From NCBI GenBank assembly GCA_027623195.1, contig JAQBUT010000041.1:1-17407 (forward strand): DNA of 17,407 nt, in the 5' to 3' direction. Under the pieces are notes generated by a model that had not been told where the DNA came from, ran no database searches, and was given only the letters and a program-made list of their open reading frames with translations. How positions within the stretch are numbered: position 1 is the first letter of the stretch; every line of letters starts with the position of its first letter. Positions 15,029-17,407 of the stretch are shown piece after piece. The position numbers and the translations under genes were made by a program. The DNA comes from Chloroflexota bacterium. GTDB lineage: Bacteria > Chloroflexota > Dehalococcoidia > Lucifugimonadales > JADFKI01.

Positions 15029-15067
15029 AAATAAAAAGGGCCTGCTCATTTGGGATGAACAGGCCCT
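15029..15067 (-). terminator. Intrinsic terminator ending the ATPase operon
   Basis: Minus strand reads AGGGCCTGTTCAT-cccaa-ATGAGCAGGCCCT then TTTTATTT. The single mismatch is a U-G pair only on the minus strand. Confidence 0.88.
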
Positions 15068-15089
15068 CTCGATTAAGCTTAATACCTAG

Positions 15090-16082
15090 TTACTGGCCTT
15101 CGTCCGAATACAAGTGACATACCACTCTATGACCCGCGACCGGGTGGGTGACTACCGGCACTTCATCAGGGCACGGCTCGAAGGCCTGGTTGCAGCGCGG
15201 GTGGAAGTGGCAACCCGCGGGAGGGTTCACCGGCGAAGGAACCTCGCCCGTTAGGATGATCTCCTCTCGCTCTACGTCCGGGTGTGAGGGCAAGGCTGCC
15301 GACATCAACGCCTTCGTGTAAGGGTGAAGCGGGTTGTCGAACAGTTCCTCCGTCTCGGCCTCTTCCACGAGTCTGCCGAGGTACATCACGCCTACCTTAT
15401 CGCACATGTACCTGACCGTGGCCAGATGGTGGGCGATCATTAGGTAGGAAAGTTTATGCTCCTCCTGAAGATCCTCCAGCAGGTTCATAATCTGTGCGCG
15501 AATGGATACGTCCAGCGCAGACACAGGTTCGTCCAGAACGATCAGACGCGGGTTAAGGGCCAGGGCACGTGCCACGCCAATTCTTTGTCGCTGGCCACCG
15601 CTGAACTCATGAGGGAACAGGTTTGCCTGGTAGGATTGTAGGCCAACCTCTTCAAGAAGACCCTCAACGCGAGTCCTAATCTGTCCCTTGGTCATGGTGC
15701 TGTTTACTTCCAGAGGCTCACCCACGATTCCGCTTACTCTCATGCGAGGATTTAGCGAGGCCCACGGATCTTGGAAGACAGCCTGTACACTGGACTTGTA
15801 AACTCTACGCGTGTCCTTGTTCATGTCGAGGGCATTCTGGCCATCAAAGATTATTTCCCCCTCGGTGGGATTTTCCAGCAGAAGCACCATTTTGGCGGTA
15901 GTTGTCTTTCCGCAGCCGGACTCTCCCACAAGACCGTAGGTCTGGCCTTCCTCAATCTCAAGGTCGACGCCGTCCACAGCCTTCAGCCAGTTCTTTTTTC
16001 TGCTGAACATACCGGAGGCCACGGGAAAATGCTTCTTCAGGCCTTTAATTTGTAGAATTGTGTTGCCGGTCGAAGTGCTCAC
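15090..16082 (-). CDS. Oligopeptide/dipeptide ABC transporter ATP-binding protein, DppF/OppF-like
   Basis: Walker A GESGCGKT, VFQDP, signature FSGGQRQR, Walker B IVLDEP, HPYT and a C-terminal C-x5-C-x6-C...C motif. GTG start with GGGAG RBS. Confidence 0.96.
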   Translation of the reverse strand: MSTSTGNTILQIKGLKKHFPVASGMFSRKKNWLKAVDGVDLEIEEGQTYGLVGESGCGKTTTAKMVLLLENPTEGEIIFDGQNALDMNKDTRRVYKSSVQAVFQDPWASLNPRMRVSGIVGEPLEVNSTMTKGQIRTRVEGLLEEVGLQSYQANLFPHEFSGGQRQRIGVARALALNPRLIVLDEPVSALDVSIRAQIMNLLEDLQEEHKLSYLMIAHHLATVRYMCDKVGVMYLGRLVEEAETEELFDNPLHPYTKALMSAALPSHPDVEREEIILTGEVPSPVNPPAGCHFHPRCNQAFEPCPDEVPVVTHPVAGHRVVCHLYSDEGQ

Positions 16083-16093
16083 GATCTCTCCCT

Positions 16094-17146
16094 TTAGTTG
16101 TCTGCCTCTGTAGTGGTGGGCGCCGCACTTTCGCCTGCTGCTACCGGCGTGGCCCCTTCACCCTCTCGCAACCAGCAGGCTGCGAACTGGCCCTCGTCCA
16201 CCTTAAAAATGGGCGGGTATTCCTGGTGACATTTCTCCATTGCATACGGGCACCTGGGGGCGAATGCACATGCGTTGGGAAGGTTCCATAACGCAGGCGG
16301 CTGCCCAGGAATCGCATAAAGCCTTTGTGCTTTCTCTTCCATCTTTGGCACCGAGTCAATCAGAGCCTCTGTATATGGATGAGATGGATTATTGAATATC
16401 TGTCTTACGTCGCCCTGTTCGACGATTTTGCCTGCGTACATGACCGCCACTCGGTCACACATCTTGGCCACGATACCAAAGTCGTGGGTGATGAAGATAA
16501 TTCCTACGCCAGTCTCTTCCTGTAGGTCCCGAAGAAGCCTCAGGTACTGTGCTTGAATGGTCGCATCCAGGGAGGTTGTGGGCTCGTCTGCGATGAGCAC
16601 CTCTGGGTCGCACGAGATGCCGATTGCGCCGACAACACGTTGTCTCATTCCACCACTAAGCTGGTGCGGGTAGTCTCGAATGCGGATTTCCGGGGCGGGA
16701 ATTCGCACCTTTCGCAGCATCTCAATGACGTTATCCTTGAGAGTCTGACCCCTCATATTTTTGTGAATGCTCAGTGCTTCTCCAACCTGGTCTTGGATAT
16801 CGAACACAGGGTTGAGCGCAGTCATCGGGTCCTGAAGGACCATGGCTATCCTGTCGCCACGAACCTTTTCCATCTCGCTTTCGTCAAGCTGGAGGATGTC
16901 CTCACCCATAAGGTTGACCTGCCCGCCCACTATGTGTCCCGGAGGCGAAGGCACCAGGCGCATAATCGATAGGCTAGTCACGGACTTGCCTGAACCCGAC
17001 TCACCCACGATACCCAGGGTCTCGCCTTTTTTGAGCTGGAAGCTGACTCCGTCCACAGCCTTTACGACGCCCCAACGCGTCACGAAATAAGTGCGGAGGT
17101 CTTGCACATCGAGGACTACATCACCAATTCGGCCTGAGCTAGTCAT
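16094..17146 (-). CDS. Oligopeptide/dipeptide ABC transporter ATP-binding protein, DppD/OppD-like
   Basis: Walker A GESGSGKS, LQDPMTALNP, LSGGMRQR, IADEPTT, ITHD, HPYT and a C-terminal Cys motif. Start revised to ATG 17146 with AGGAG upstream (350 aa). Confidence 0.96.
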   Translation of the reverse strand: MTSSGRIGDVVLDVQDLRTYFVTRWGVVKAVDGVSFQLKKGETLGIVGESGSGKSVTSLSIMRLVPSPPGHIVGGQVNLMGEDILQLDESEMEKVRGDRIAMVLQDPMTALNPVFDIQDQVGEALSIHKNMRGQTLKDNVIEMLRKVRIPAPEIRIRDYPHQLSGGMRQRVVGAIGISCDPEVLIADEPTTSLDATIQAQYLRLLRDLQEETGVGIIFITHDFGIVAKMCDRVAVMYAGKIVEQGDVRQIFNNPSHPYTEALIDSVPKMEEKAQRLYAIPGQPPALWNLPNACAFAPRCPYAMEKCHQEYPPIFKVDEGQFAACWLREGEGATPVAAGESAAPTTTEADN

Positions 17147-17272
17147 CCTCTTGATCTCCTCTCGATTTTGCCATTTTCCAGTGTCATCCAGAGCCCGAAT
17201 AAGCGGCCCTGATAGATAGCATTCGGAATGGTTCAGGCGTATGGCCAAAACCTGCCGAGAATAAGTCTCGCA

Positions 17273-17301
17273 ACTATAGCTAATCTCATCAAAAAACGCA
17301 A
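17273..17301 (-). promoter_or_regulatory. Sigma70-type promoter for the ATPase operon
   Basis: Minus strand reads TTGCGT (17301-17296), 17 bp, TATAGT (17278-17273). Confidence 0.65.
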
Positions 17302-17407
17302 GCCTCGATGTGAACGTATTGGGCTTAACAGGTCAATACCAGGGAAAATCCGACGGGTGCAATCGCAGTTGCAACTTCCTACAGTTTCACTTTTATACAG
17401 GCAAAAT

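Noticed and set aside
15090..16300. Four-Cys motifs at the C-termini of both ATPases
   Set aside because: Known [4Fe-4S]-binding feature of DppD/OppD-family C-terminal domains, so not novel.
17147..17248. ORF-track N-terminal extensions (also at 1615, 2492, 5858, 9713, 10032, 14349)
   Set aside because: Downstream ATGs have better RBS and/or match the family N-termini or signal peptides, and the 10032 extension overlaps a predicted promoter.

Overview
Bacterial chromosomal window with 18 complete protein-coding genes and probably the first 16 codons of another at the left edge. I see no rRNA, tRNA, CRISPR array or mobile element. Minus strand, 1-9.7 kb, in coordinate order: an acidic hypothetical protein, a split ThDP-dependent decarboxylase pair (ComE/ComD-like), fabI, a three-gene LiaF/PspC/Toastrack-type envelope-stress cassette, an MBL-fold hydrolase plus luciferase-like monooxygenase (LLM) pair, a ThiO-like glycine/D-amino-acid oxidase, a small membrane protein and a non-DapA DHDPS/NAL-family aldolase. 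The right half is a peptide/nickel-family (Dpp/Opp) ABC transporter in an unusual split layout. The lipoprotein SBP, two permeases and a cupredoxin-like lipoprotein are on +, and the two ATPases converge on them from -. Several sigma70-like promoters with exact 17-bp spacers and several terminator hairpins are visible. The gene content (LLM, ComDE-like pair, Pro/Ala-tethered family-5 SBP) suggests a monoderm Chloroflexota of the Dehalococcoidia/SAR202 type, but that is inference only. I cannot show a clearly new system. The best candidates for follow-up are the split, insertion-bearing ABC transporter with its cupredoxin-like partner and divergent aldolase, and the regulator-less LiaF/PspC cassette.
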